Source of the DNA: Mobula hypostoma
Lineage: Eukaryota
DNA: 64,000 bases
Assembly: GCF_963921235.1 (NCBI RefSeq)
Contig: NC_086107.1
Span: 106,704,001-106,768,000 of the forward strand
Direction: 5' to 3'
The stretch's first letter is position 1. Every line of letters starts with the position of its first letter. Shown here piece after piece: positions 10,237-23,574 of this stretch. Under the pieces are notes generated by a model that was not told the DNA's origin, did no database searches, and was given only the letters and a program-made list of their open reading frames with translations. The translations under genes and the position numbers were made by a program.

Positions 10237-13200
10237 AGAAACTAACATTCATTTTATTTGTCACATGTACATTGAAAAATACGGTGAAATGTGTTTGTGT
10301 CAGCGCAGTAAGAATGTGCTGGGGGCAGCCTGCAAGTGTTGCCGTGCAGCGTAACGTATCTGCGGTGTACTAGTCCTAACTGTACACCTTTGAAATGTGG
10401 GAAGAAAGCCGGAGGAAACTCTGGGAAACTCTTACAGTTATGTCCACCAATACCAGTGTTACTCTGTGATCATCCCTCTGTCTGTTGGAGCCGAGACAGT
10501 GAATGACCAGTGCACACCAAACTATACAGTAACATTATGGGGTAACAGATGGTGTTATTATGGTAACAGCCACACAATGGTACCATAAGCCAGCACCTGA
10601 AACTGGACAGGATGATGGGACGTATTGCCGTCAGGGAGAGGCGGGTGTGTGGGATGGGATGAACCTAGTCTCCGGCCTCCACAGCAGCTCGCCTGGCTGT
10701 CACGCGTGAGGTCACCGGAGGCTCCGTTTCGGGAGGTGGTGCTGTCAGGATCGAGTCTGATGTCGTATGCAAAAGTAGATGTGCGCACTAGTGCAACAAA
10801 AAAACCCCGCAGTTGCATCACAGGCACATCACAGTAAGTAAACAGGACAACCTTTTCATTAAACAATGTGATTAGAACAAAAAACACACACCTCTTCTTT
10901 GTGCCAAGTGAATCTTAGCGACGTTTGGTGAGTCTGACCAGTGAGTTTGAGGGGCCAGTTTCCTGTGTCCACATGGGTCTCTCTGGCTCAATCTCGAGTT
11001 TTGTGTATACCTAGTCCACTGCTTCTTAGACACGCCTTTGGGATCAAGCATGATTTACTTCCAGCCTAGTTTAGCAGGTTCTGGGGTGGCTAATGAACTC
11101 CATATAGGGACCACAGACTCTTCCACACTGGGTCAGGGGGTGGCTAATAATGTCCACAAAATCTGTGAATCTGTCGGATTCATTACCACAGACGGCTGTG
11201 GAGGTCAAGTCATTGGATATAGTTAAAGCAGGAGTTGATAAATTCTTGATTGGTCGGAGCATGAAGGATATGGGGAGAAGGCAGAAGATTCAGGCTGAGA
11301 AGGAAATGGATCAGCCATGGTGAAATGGCGGAGCAGACTCGATGTGCTATTTGGCCTGATTTTGCTCCTATTTCTTATGGTTTAAAATGGCTGGAGGAAC
11401 TCAGAAGCTCGCGCAGCATCAGCATTGATGGAGGGACATAAATTTTCAGGCCAAGGCTCTTCATTGGGATTGGGAAGGGACAGAATGCAGAACACTTTCC
11501 AGTCCTGATGTGTCTCGGCCTGAAATGTTGACTGTTTACTCCCCTCTGTAGATGCTGCCCGACCTGCTGTGTTCCTCTAGTACCATGTGTGTGTTGCTTA
11601 AGATTTCCAGACTCTGCAGAATCTCTTTTGTGTCTGAGGTGGCCAGTAGGATAGGCAGATGGTTAACTTGTGAGATGACAGGCTGTTTCCGCAGGGTCTT
11701 TCTCTGTGCTTCCGGTCTATGACTTTAAGGTCCTAACGTACTGTCCCAAATGCACTTTGAGTGATCATGGCTCGTCAGAGGTTCCCAGGATTGAGTGAGG
11801 ATATTGCACTTCTGGGAAGCTTGGTATCTTTTTCTCCTGTCTGGCTGGAAAACAGCTCCTACGCTGACCCTGTGTGCTCCGGGAGCCGATTGTTAGGTGC
11901 ACAAACCCAGTGTATCCAACTGGGATGAACCAGGGCATCAGCACTGTGGGTGTCAGCTTGGCTGTTTTTCCTCCTACCGAACCTAGGACAGTACAGCACA
12001 GGAAGAGGCGCTGTGGCACACAATGTCTGCGCTAACTGTGAATTCAGATTAAATTGATCCCATCTGCCTGTTTGTGAATCTCCCACCATGTTGATGTACT
12101 TGTTTAGATGCCTTCAAAATCTAACTATCTTACTGTTTCCTCCACACACCCAGCTAGCACAGTCCAGGTACCCATCTCTCTCTGTGTTTTTAAAAAAAAG
12201 TTACCTCACACAAATGCGGCAAAGTTTGGTGTTTTCCAGTGCCTTGGGATGCTCACTGTATGTAACCCAGGTCTCAGGGCAGGTACCACTGCTGTCCCAT
12301 AGGCTGAGGATTTGATCTTCAGATACCCTTTCCGGCACTCGAACAAAGACTTTCTGCAACATTGAAGGCGGTGATGAGTTTTGACATCAGTGTCTGTCTA
12401 CATCAAGACAGGCGTTGGCTGTTCGGTACACTCAGCACAATCGCTTTACAGCTCCAGTGATCACCTATCAGGGTTCAATTCCCCGCACCGACTAAGGAGT
12501 TTGTACGTTCTTCCTGTGACAGTGCGGGTTTCTTCCGGGACATACAGGTTAGGGTTAGTAAGTTGTGTGGGCATGCTCTGTTGGCCCCGCAAGCGTGGCG
12601 ACACACGCGGGCTACCCCCAGCACATTCGTTGGGGCAAAATGATGCATTTCACCGATGTGCATGTGACAAAGCTAATCTTTAGAGACGGCTCCAGAAATA
12701 GGGAAAGTGGATCCCAGTTTTCAGGGTCTTACTGTGGGCCTGCATTGTCCCTACACTGGACAGGTACATGGATTGGAAAGGTTTAGCAGCTTATGAGCCA
12801 AATACTGGTTAATGAGACTAGCTTGGGTGGGGCAGGGATTAGTTGAGCTGAAGGGTCTGATTCTGTGCTGTAGGACTCCATGGCTATATTGATATGAGAT
12901 AAATCCTTCAGAGAATGTGTGTGTGTGAGATGTGATAAGATAAGAGTGCATTTATTGTTCTTTGAAGGGGGTTTGGTATATTGGCATGCTTACCAGCTAA
13001 AGGACAATCCCAGACACTACAAGAATTGGATATTTCATGTCCAATATAGATAGAACTTAAAATAATTGGACAAAGGGTCATTCCTGGAGACATTTATTCC
13101 CAGGATGTGGCTCCAGTGTAGATTTTGAGATTCTTCCTTCTCTAACAGCTCTCTCCCTTTTCCTCTCTCTGCTCCCCGCAACTGTCTTCCACCTTCACAC

Positions 13201-13392
13201 CCTGCGTTCCCTTTCCTTCCTGTGACTCAGACCCATCCCTGTCCCCTTCTCCAGTGATTTCTGCTTAATTGGACCAATTATGGTAGGAAATTGGAGGAGT
13301 GCCGGCATTTGCAGTCAGTGACCTGGTGTCCGCTATCTTACTCCCCACTTCATTGGGTGTTCTTTTGTCTTTCTGTAGCAGAACCGTAGAAG

Positions 13393-13515
13393 ATGGCACG
13401 ATTTCTGACCCCGGTGATCCAGGATAATCCTTTTGGATGGGGACCTTGTGCTGTGCCAGAGCAGTTCAAGGACATGCCATACCAGCCCTTTAGTAAAGGT
13501 GATCGACTGGGAAAG
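13393..13515 (+). CDS. EIF3D: eIF3 subunit D, coding exon 1 (gene exon 2)
   Basis: [41 protein letters not shown] matches the eIF3d N-terminus. Acceptor TAG/CAG at 13378/13381, donor GTGAG at 13516. 123 nt. Confidence 0.97.
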
Positions 13516-13579
13516 GTGAGTCTTCACTGTGTTGTGGAGGGTTTGGGATACCACTGTGACTTGGAAGGAGGTCTTTAGT

Positions 13580-14185
13580 ACACACACAAGATGCTGGGGG
13601 AACTCAGCAGGTCAGGCAGCATCTATGGAAATAAATAATTAGTCAATGTTTCAGGCCAAGACCCTACATCAGGAATGGAAAGGAAGGGGAAAGATGTCAG
13701 AATAACAAGGTGGGGAGAGGGGAAGGAGGATAGCTAGTAGGTGATAGGTGAAGCCAGGTGGGTGGGAGCAGTAAAAGTCTGAAGAAGAAGGAATCTGATA
13801 GGATAGGAGGATGAACCATAGGAGAAAGGGAAGAAGGACGGTCATCGGGGTCGGGGTATGGGGTAGAGGTGATAGGCAAGTGAGGAGACGAAGTAAGAGG
13901 CCACGTGGGGAATGAAAGAAGAGGAGAAATCGATGTTCTTGCCATCAGGTTGGAGGCGACCCTGATAGAATATGAGGTGTTGCTCCTTCAACCTGAGAGT
14001 GACCTCATCATGGTAGAAGAGAAGGCCATAGACCAATATGTCAGAACGGGAATCGGGATAGGAATTAAAATGTTTGGCCACCAGGAAATTTGGTCTTTAC
14101 CAACCTTCACCTGAAATGTCAGCTGTCCCCTTCCTTCAGCGGATGCTGTCCGATCCTCCAGAGTTCCTACAGCACCTTCTGTGTA
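13580..14185 (-). mobile_element. Penelope-like element 3' fragment (GIY-YIG endonuclease C-terminus plus terminal repeat)
   Basis: ORF HFNS...LRLKEQHLIFYQGRLQPDGKNIDF; decayed hammerhead motif near 13640-13678. Confidence 0.7.
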
Positions 14186-16354
14186 GAGCAATCCAGTCAG
14201 TCCCTGTTCCCCCACTCTGTCCACGTGCCCTGCACAATAACACCTCAAGTGCCACATGATTTCCCTTTTGAACTAATTGCTTATTTTTGCTTCCACCACT
14301 GATGTAGAGAAGGAATTATAGGTCATGGAGTGGAAGAGGTTTTCCCTATATCTAACTCCTAGTCCATATTCTTTAGCCTTTGTATCGTAACTTATTGGAA
14401 ATAGCTTTACTCTTGTTTAATTTTTCTTAACCTGTCATAGCTTGTACATCTCTAGCAAATACCCCTTTCGTCCAACCCCAGGTTCTCCCACTAAACTTGC
14501 TAAATAAAGTGTGTTATATCTGAACCATTCTGGACAACCTCTTCAGCAGAACCTAAAGGACCTTCACATGATGATTAGAAGTAAACTTAAAACTCTAGTT
14601 ATTTCTTTGTAAAGGTTCAGCATAACTTCTCTCTTTTATATTGAATATTTCCACTAATAGCCCCAAGATTTGTTTGCTTTACGTATTATGTGTTTAGTAG
14701 GTTCTGCAACCTTCGCATGTCATTCTGCTCTCTCTCTTCCTGCTTACTCTTCAGAACTGTGTTACCTGATATCTCCTGCCCCAACCCATTAGATTACCTC
14801 ACACATCTGTGTGTTAAATTCCATCTGCTATTTGTCTATTCATTCTTAACTCATTTTTTAAATCTAGGCAATCACACTCCCGTGAGCATTTTGTTGGTCA
14901 GCATTTTATGTGGTGCTTTGTCAATGCACGTGGAGAACAGTAACCGTGTTCTCTATGTCACCTGTGACATGTATACTGAAAGGTGCCAGAAAAGGGCCAG
15001 TAACATTAACTTATTGAGACGCAGCCCTTCTGGCCCTTTGAACCGCACTGCCCAGCAACCCCCGAGGTAATCCTAGCCAAATCGTGGGACCAATTAACCT
15101 ATCAGCTGGGATGTCTTTGCACAGTGGGAGGAAACCAGAGCATCTGAAGGAAAGCCATGTGGTCACGGGGAGAACGTACAAATTCCTCACAGGCGGTGGC
15201 GGGAATTGAACCTGGGTCACTTTTACTGTGAAGCGTTGTGCTGACCACTGCAGTGCCACGTCATGAAGGATCCCAGCCACCCTGCTCATGGACTGTTTGT
15301 CCCACTCCCATCAGACAGAAGGCTATGTAGCATCCACGCCAGGACCACCAGCCTCGAAAACAATTGCTTTCCCCAAGCACTGAGGCTGATCAATACCTCC
15401 ACCCACTAAACCACACTTCCACAACCTCCCCACTACCGCCCCTACTTTATCATTTCCTGTCAGATGTACCCTACATACAGACACTCCTGTACCTAGAGTC
15501 ACTTTATTGACGTGCAGTCTGTTTTATGTATCTATATGTATTGTGTTCTTTATTTTATTGTGTTTTTAGTGCTGCATTGCATCTGGAGTAACAATTATTT
15601 TGTTCTCCTTAACACTTGTGTACTGGAAATGACATTAAGCAATCTTGAATTCTTCCCCGTTACTTCAACTAAAGAGGTTAATTTATGTTGGTTGAAAGTG
15701 ACCTGCTTTTTACAAAGCCACATTGGCTCTCCTTAGTTAAACATCTGTAAGTGTCTTAATTTTTTTCTCTTATTGTTTCTAAACCTTTATCCATCACCAT
15801 GGTTAAATTACTAGGAATATGCTGTAACCCTTTTTTTAAACAATGGTGTGCATTTTCCACTTTCTCTAAGCCTGTAGCACTTTGCTGTTCGGAGGTTAAT
15901 TGTCCCGTGATTAGGCTAGGGTTAAATTGGGGGTTGCAGGACCTATTGTACATTATATCTTAATAATTTTTAAAAACTCTGAGAAAGACGCGTACCAATT
16001 TAGTAAAAATATCACTACAAGCACATAAAGATATCAGTAAGATACAGCCATGCAAAAAAATGCCCAGTCCCTGACTCCGTGAATGCCGCAGAAATCTGCA
16101 GTGGACCGCATTTGAGCTTGCGTTTTGCCGAGCGAACACTCGGGGACGGCGCCGACTGCAGCCTAAACACCGCGCCACAGCGCCCCTGGAGAAACGCACT
16201 AGCTCCAACTCCTCTCTCCTAGCAGCTGTAAGTGGGCGACGCTGCGACTGGGGGCCTAGTCTTCACAAATACAAGACAGCAAGCGCAGTTCGCATGTTAG
16301 GAAGTTAATTTGGTTTGTTCACTCTTAAGATGGTGTAACTATTTATCTTTGCAG

Positions 16355-16400
16355 GTTGCTGATTGGACAGGAGCTACCTATCAGGATAAGAGATACACCA
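16355..16400 (+). CDS. EIF3D: EIF3D exon 3
   Basis: VADWTGATYQDKRYT; tttgcag acceptor, gtaagt donor; 46 nt. Confidence 0.96.
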
Positions 16401-17535
16401 GTAAGTACCAGTGTGCTTTTGTTCGATATTCTCCCCTACCCAGGGTTTCTTGCCCTTTTCTGGTAGAACAGATACAGTTGTATATTTTGTAGCTGCTGCC
16501 TGTCTATCTGCAGGAATGTTACTTCTTTCCCTCTTGGCCCCTGCTAAACCGAACGCAGTCCCAATTCCAATTCTGGGGTTTTCTGGCAAGCACACATATT
16601 GGGTAAGGTTAAATCCATCATGACTGCATCTTTATCCAGAGCCAACATTTTTCCCCAACTCAGCAAAAGTATGACAGATTATCGGGTCAAAACCTCGTTG
16701 CTAAATTTGCAGATTTAATTGTTAGCGTCAGGTTTGTAGGGGTGGTTTTGGGGGCAGCCTAGGGAGTTGGGGGGCAGGTTAGGGTTTAGGAACTGCGAGG
16801 AGTGGAGTTGGAGGTAATGGGCAGTAAATGTTGGAGTCTAGGAGTCGGAGCTGCATTGGAGTGGGCTGGAGCTGGAGTCAGCGTGCTCTGCAGTAGAAGG
16901 CGTTTAATCCTGTGGGTGGGTGTTGGGTTGGACAAGGGTTACTGACCCACCCCACCACCAGTTGGCAAATCCTGGGCAGGATTTAGACGAAACTTGACGA
17001 GTCCAGAAGTCAAGGCCCGATGTCTGCAACTGCAAGTCCGCAGCCAGTGTCTGAGAGCCTGTGTGTTCAGGGTGAAGGACTTTGAAGATGACATGTCCTA
17101 GGAATTGGAGGGATGCGGGTGTGTGTGTGAGAAAGGGGGCTTGTTTGATTTCTTTTTTGGTGGTGGTGTTGCTGTTGCTTGTGTTGGGCTACTGAACACT
17201 TCGGACGTGCTATGTTGGTGCCAGACAGCGTGGTGACATTCCTAGGTTGTGTTGGTTGTTGACACAGAAAATGCATTTCATTGCATCTTTCAAATGTACA
17301 TGTAATGAATAAATGAATCTGAATCTGCTGTGTGTGTGCGGGGAAATTGGCTAGGTGTGTGGGGAAATTCACTGTGAATCAGTGATTACCCTTTTGAATA
17401 ATTTAATTGGCTGTGCAGGCCACGGGATGTAGTGCTGGTGTATGACACTGTAGAAATGCAACTTCTTCCTGGCATGCAAAGATACCGCAGTATTGCTAGC
17501 AAAGCGCTCTCTCACTCACTTCCTCTCCCCCACAG

Positions 17536-17672
17536 ACAAGTATTCCTCCCAGTTCGGCGGCGGCAGTCAGTATGCCTACTTCCACGAGGAGGATGAGACC
17601 AGCTTCCAGCTCGTTGATACTGCTCGCACCCAGAAGACCGCGTACCAGAGGAACCGCATGCGATTCGCTCAG
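17536..17672 (+). CDS. EIF3D: EIF3D exon 4
   Basis: (N)[45 protein letters not shown]; cacag / gtaaag; 137 nt. Confidence 0.97.
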
Positions 17673-18178
17673 GTAAAGCCTCTTGGGAGCTGTGTCTACT
17701 TCAGGTGGAGTTGGGGAGTGTCCTTGGGATTGGTGAAAGTTAATGAGATCTTGGGACAGGTCCAAGAAAGTTAGACTTTAAAACAATCTGCGGAGGTATA
17801 ATGGTTGGGTCACCCTACTAATATGGGGATCTGAGTATCGAGCATGGGTTCAAAACCTACTAAAGTTTAATTAACCTACCAACCGGTACATCTTTGGATT
17901 GTGGGAAGAAACCCACGTCACGGGGAGAGCGTACAGGCTCCTTACAGGCAGCGGAGGGAAATGAATCTGGATTGTCTGTACTGTAAAGCATCGTGCTCAC
18001 CACTACGTGCTCATATCTGCGAGCCTAGGTACTGGCATCTTGGGGCAGTGGCTCTGTCAGTTGGGCCACTGTGTCACCCACGCTCATCGTTAACTCGCAG
18101 GTTGTGTGTGTGGGATAGAACGAATGTTCGTCAGTAATCCACTCAGTGCAGGACTGATGCTTGTTTGAACGTTTTCAG

Positions 18179-18267
18179 CAAAGAAACATGAGGCGGGAGA
18201 AAGATCGGCGTCAGCTGCTGCAGTTCAACATGCAAACCCTTCCAAAGAGTGCCAAGCAGAAAGAGAG
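18179..18267 (+). CDS. EIF3D: EIF3D exon 5
   Basis: QRNMRREKDRRQLLQFNMQTLPKSAKQKE(R); ttttcag / gtgagc; 89 nt; frame continuous. Confidence 0.93.
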
Positions 18268-18739
18268 GTGAGCAGCCATTGCAGCAACCGATCTTTATTC
18301 CCTCAAGCACCCTGCTGTTGTTCATCCTCCTGCTCCCCCAATTATTGCTCCGTGCATCAGTTGGCAGCCTATTTGCCTATAGGAGTCTTCAATTTCCTCT
18401 TGATGATGTGATTGGGCAGGACTTGGAGTTGCCTTACCAGGTAGTGGAAACTGGTTTAATAATGGTTTTCGGGGGGGGAATGAATGAAGAAGGATTCTGC
18501 AGGAATATGAGGGAAGAGTGAGACAAACGGGATTGTTCTTGGAAAGACCTGGCATATTAAAGGGCTAAATTCAATACTCATGATCCACCTGACATGTACA
18601 TCCATATCATAGATAGTGACTGGGAATGAAGTAGGATTCGTGTTCGAGTCAAGATGACCAATTTCTCTCTCTTTCAACATATAAAAAAAACTTTTTCCCA
18701 ATTAAGTGAAACCCAATCCCCATTCACATTATTAGAGAC

Positions 18740-19100
18740 GCAGAGCACCGAAACAGGCTCTTTGACCCGTCTGCCTTGACCCATTGACCTGCAGCCTGGA
18801 CCATAGCCTCCGTACCCCTCCCATCCATGTACCTGTCCAAGCTTTTTTTAAGTGTTGAAATTGAACCCACATCCACTACTCCCGCTGGCAGTTTGTTCCA
18901 CACTCTTACCACCCTCTGAGTGAAGAAGTTCCCCCTCATGTTCCCCTTTAACATTTCACCTTTCACCCTTAACCCACTACCTCTAGTTGTAGTCTCAGTC
19001 AACCTCAGCGGCGAAAGTTTGCTTGCATTTACCCAATCTATACCACTCATAATTTTATATACTTTTATCAAATCTTCCCTCATTCTCCTGCACTCTCCTC
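18740..19100 (-). mobile_element. CR1 LINE 3' fragment
   Basis: MREDLIKVYKIMSGIDWV...GNFFTQRVVRVWNKLP. Confidence 0.85.
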
Positions 19101-19533
19101 AACCCTTGGTAACATCCTTATAAATTATTGTTGGAATCGGGGATTTATTTAGTGAGAACATAAGAATTGACCGGTGTACATTGACTGGTGTACAGAGCGA
19201 TACGACGGAGAATGTTTAAACATAATGTGTGCAACTCTTTGTAGTTAGATGACACTGACTCTTAGGTAGAACTGGCCTCCTTGAAGACGTATCCTTCCTA
19301 CAGACTTGCCTGTGCTTTTCACAGACTGAAGTCTTCCTGTGCTTGAGTTAGAGTAGTGGAAAGCTCTTGGCAAGATTCTGGTATGATGCCTTCCTGAGTT
19401 GAGCAGCTAGCCATTGCTTGGGATTCCGTGAGCCTGGAAGATCGACTGCGTGGCTGCACACTTGGATTTAGTGTTTAGACAATTGGAGTTGTTTCCCTGT
19501 TATCTCACGCATTCGTCCATGCTGTCGTTCTAG

Positions 19534-19606
19534 AGACCGTTTGAGACTGCAGAAGAAATTTCAGAAGCAGTTTGGTGTGCGGCAAAAGTGGGACCAGAAA
19601 AACCAG
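19534..19606 (+). CDS. EIF3D: EIF3D exon 6
   Basis: DRLRLQKKFQKQFGVRQKWDQKNQ; ttctag / gtcagt; 73 nt. Confidence 0.95.
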
Positions 19607-19711
19607 GTCAGTATTCAAACTTTGCCTTTCCTTCAAGAAGCTAAAAGGTGTTGGTCCAGTCTGAGATTAAGGAATTTGAGGATGAACAGTTCCACACGTT
19701 GTTGGAAAGGC

Positions 19712-19850
19712 TGTGTGTGAGAGAGTGTGTGTGTGTGAGAGAGTGTGTGTGTGTGAGAGAGTGTGTGTGTGTGTGAGAGTGTGTGTGTGTGTGTGTGTGA
19801 GTGAGTGTGTGTGAGTGTGTGTGTGAGTGTGTGTGTGTGAGAGAGAGTGA
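19712..19850. repeat. Compound (TG)n/(AG)n microsatellite
   Basis: Seen directly, in EIF3D intron 6. Confidence 0.95.
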
Positions 19851-21161
19851 GGTTTCTGTGGCTATTTCAGTATTCAACAGCTGATGCTGTATTTTGCTTC
19901 TTGTTAACAAGCTGTTTCAGAATATTGACTGGAGATTTTTTGCACATTAATTGATAAATGATTTTCCTGTGTCCATTCTGATGGATTGCAAGTATGTTTA
20001 GTATCTGTCTGATGGACACATGCAGTAGATGGGTTGATTATTCCTTCTTCAATGGGTCGGCTACCCGGGGTCCCTTCTCTGGTAGGATAAGTGGGCACGA
20101 TTCAAATCTCTGGGTAGGTTTGGTCCTACAGGCATGGAACTTATTTTAACTTCTATAAACTTATATATAAACTTAATATATAAACTTAAGTTTATTGAAT
20201 GGATTCATCCTCTTTTTGACTTGGAAGGGATTGCAACTGGAGACCCATTTTGAGACAATGAATGCCCACTTAGTCAGGCAGCTGATGAGCTGGAGTAATT
20301 GAAAATATAATGGATGTCCCAGTTGGCCCACATGTTTGGGTGGGTGACATTTGAGATGTTTAAAAACTGGACTTCCTGGCTGACCAAGATTTAACATTGC
20401 TGGTTTTTGTAATAGGGTGGGCATTGTTATTGTGAACAAAAACGAGGGATTTTACACTGCCCTCTGTGTTTGAGAGCTTTAGTCCTGTGTGTGTAATGGA
20501 CAGTTACAGCACTTTAATAACCCTCCACAGTTCTACCTCGTCTGCAAATCTTCTCCATTCCTCTAACCCTTGGGATCTTTCAATTTTTTTGAAGCCCGAA
20601 ACTTTGCTGATTTCTAAATTTAACTGCGCCGCCACTAATAGGCCTTAATCTCTAGAACTTCTTCTGTAATCCTCTCAAATCATCTTTCCTCCTTTAAAAA
20701 AGCTCCTTTAATCTTGAGACGCCTGGCTTAATGTCCTTGTGAAGCTCAGTGGCTTTTCTTGTGTAATTGGTAATATTCCTTGAACTTTGCAACACTTCTG
20801 ATACTTCAAAGAGATACCTGCAGCGTGTCCATTGATACGTCAGAAGGCAGTGAGAAGCCTTGCTTGTGTCAAGAGCAAACACAGTCTGGGCATGTGCTGG
20901 CAGCAGCCTGCAGGTGTCGCCATGCTTTTGGTACCAACCTAACGTACCCGCAAAATAGCAACCCGTACGTCTTTAGAATGTGGGAGGGGGTCAGGGGGGG
21001 GGATGGAGGGTGGGTGTACAAGCTCCTTAGAGCGGCAGAATTGAATCCAGTCACTGGTGCTGTAAAGCATTACTCCAACCGTGCTGCCCTATAAAGGATC
21101 TGCATAAACAGAACTTGTTGTCTGGGCTTGTTCACGTGTCCCTTGTTTGTTACTGACACAG

Positions 21162-21277
21162 CTGAAGCCAAGGGATTCTTCAGTTGAAGTGCGGAGTGAC
21201 TGGGAAGTGAAGGAGGAGATGGACTTCCCAAGGCTGATGAAGATGAGATACATGGAAGTGGCTGACCCCAGTGATAT
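21162..21277 (+). CDS. EIF3D: EIF3D exon 7
   Basis: LKPRDSSVEVRSDWEVKEEMDFPRLMKMRYMEVADPSD(I); acacag / gtgagt; 116 nt. Confidence 0.92.
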
Positions 21278-21820
21278 GTGAGTGTTTTTAACATGAACCT
21301 TGATTCCATAAACCATAAGCTGTAGGAGCAGACTTGGGCTTGGCCCATCGAGTCTGCTCTGCCATTTCACGTGGCTAATTCATTTTCTCTCTCGTTTCCC
21401 ACTCTACAAGAATTGCCCACCTAACCTTGCCCAGCTTAAATGAAGCAGATAGGTGACCTCCTCTGGTTCGTTGTTGTGATGCCTCTTGCTGGCAGTAGAT
21501 TTGCGCAGTTGACATTTTGAGTGTAATTGTGATTTCTGCGATGCAACTGTTCCGCAGCTCTCTCCAGTCTCATTAGAAACCCCGTGGTCGCACAGTACTG
21601 TCTGCTGTCAGTGTTTCGCCCCATAGTTTCAGCTGACTTGCACGTGTGTTGAGGGACTGTTGTGTTGTCAGATGTGCTATAAGACATTAAACAAGTCTGT
21701 TGAGTGGGTCATTCCTTAGCGATTCCAGTGTACTGCTTGGAATTTATATCTCAACTGTGCCATCAGAACGGCTGATCTGTTCATGGTGTTGATGTTATAT
21801 GCTGTCTTTTATCCCCTCAG

Positions 21821-21953
21821 AGAGTGCTGCGGTACCTTGGAGTACTACGATAAGGCCTTTGACCGAATTACCACGCGGAACGAGAAGCAATTGAGAAGTA
21901 TCAAGAGGATTTTCCACACCGTTACCACCACTGATGACCCTGTAATTCGCAAG
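21821..21953 (+). CDS. EIF3D: EIF3D exon 8
   Basis: [44 protein letters not shown]; cctcag / gttagc; 133 nt. Confidence 0.96.
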
Positions 21954-23377
21954 GTTAGCAGACTGATCCGGCGTTGTTTGCCACTCCTGTGGGGCAGGAG
22001 CATCTCATAATCTTCACACAAAGCAACAAAGATCTGTGCAGAATGACAACTCAAATCTGAACAGACTGCAGGCGGAGAGATGATTTCCTCTTGTCAGTCG
22101 TGGCTAGAGGCTGATTTGGTCCAAGTAACAGATTGATTTTACACACGTTATTATTGATGGGAGTTGTCTGGGGGGGAAGCAGGAGATATTGCCCTCCTGA
22201 ACGTAACCCAGGGGACTGATTGCTGTAACTTTAGTGAACAGTTCAGAGGATGTCTGGTGTAGTCTTGAGAATATTAAAGTTACCCCATCTCCCACCGATT
22301 ATTGACAGCCCTTTTTTGGCTGTTTTATTTAACTCCTGTTCCTTTCACCTAAGAGCTCCACGTTCAAATTAAAGATCACATTCCAGTTTAATTATCATTC
22401 AACCGTACATGAATACAGCCAAGTGGAACAACGTTCTTCTGGGGCCAAACATACTCAGCACATTCAAGGTAGCGAGCACACATGTAGTCACGCAAAAAAA
22501 AAAGTATAGCCCAACTTCCTGGGTGACGTGTCCCACAAATTGATGGTGCTGTTCCCAGCAGTCTGCAGACAGACACACGTTCCAACAATGCTGACTGTGC
22601 AGTGCTATTGGAGGGAAGGGGTAAACTTTTCTCAAAGTCAAGTTTATTGTCACACACCAGTGCCGGGAAAAGCTGACTTACAGCAGCGTTCGCAGGCACC
22701 TAGCTTCATGTAAGCAGCCTTGACAAGAAAAGCATAAAATAAGCGTCAGTCATACACAACTTTTAACAAGAACAATTAGAACAAAAGTAATTCCCCTTGT
22801 AGTGCAGAGTTATCAAAGTGTTTGGAATGTTTCTACACTCTAGTGATGAAGGTTGTGCCCACTGGTTCAAAAACTGAACAAAGGGAAGTAACTGTAACTG
22901 AACCTGGTGGTGTGGGACTTCGGGCTTCTGTACCTCTTGCATGATGGGTGAAATTTAATTAGGATTGGAGCTTGGGACTACTGGCATTCCTGAAGAGAAA
23001 TAAAAAGCCAGCATTTTGGATTAAGATTCTTTATTGAGTCCTGATGAAGGGTCTCGGCCCAAAACATCAGCTCTTTATTCCCCTCCATAGACGCTGCCTG
23101 ACCTGCTGAGGTCCTCCAGAATTTTGTCTGTGTTACTCTGGATCTCCAGCATCTGCAGACTTTCTTGCGTTTACCTGCACTCCTTTTCTGTGTGTAGTTA
23201 CAGGTTAATGTCAAACACAACAAAAACTCGGGCCAGTGTTAATCCTGAAATTTGTTGGGTGTTGACAACGCGAATCCTGTGGCCCGGTGGACGTTGAGGT
23301 GGTGTGTCTGCTGCTGCCAGATTGGAAGGAGGGATATATTGCCTGCTACCTAGTTCAGTGCCTGTGTTTGTTTCCAG

Positions 23378-23525
23378 CTCGCCAAGACTCAGGGAAACGT
23401 ATTTGCGACGGACGCCATCCTGGCCACACTGATGTGCTCCACCAGATCTGTGTATTCTTGGGATATCATCGTGCAGCGAGTCGGTTCCAAGCTGTTCTTC
23501 GACAAACGCGATCACTCTGACTTCG
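23378..23525 (+). CDS. EIF3D: EIF3D exon 9
   Basis: [49 protein letters not shown]; ttccag / gtaagg; 148 nt. Confidence 0.97.
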
Positions 23526-23574
23526 GTAAGGACACGTGTGACAGTCCAGTCAGAACTGCTGTGCCCCTTTGTTC

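Noticed and set aside
19330..19463. H/ACA snoRNA candidate (GCAGC...GCTGC-ACA) upstream of exon 6
   Set aside because: There is no ANANNA H box before the hairpin, and the pairing is weak.
21500..21556. Hairpin CAGTTG...CAACTG resembling a pre-miRNA
   Set aside because: The stem is too short and imperfect, and it matches no miRNA I recognise.
23037..23075. Additional hammerhead-like motifs (also near 11500, 13640, 24078, 32130, 32790, 58073, 60976)
   Set aside because: Core nucleotides (GAAA, CUGANGA or stem III) are mutated; treated as dead copies.
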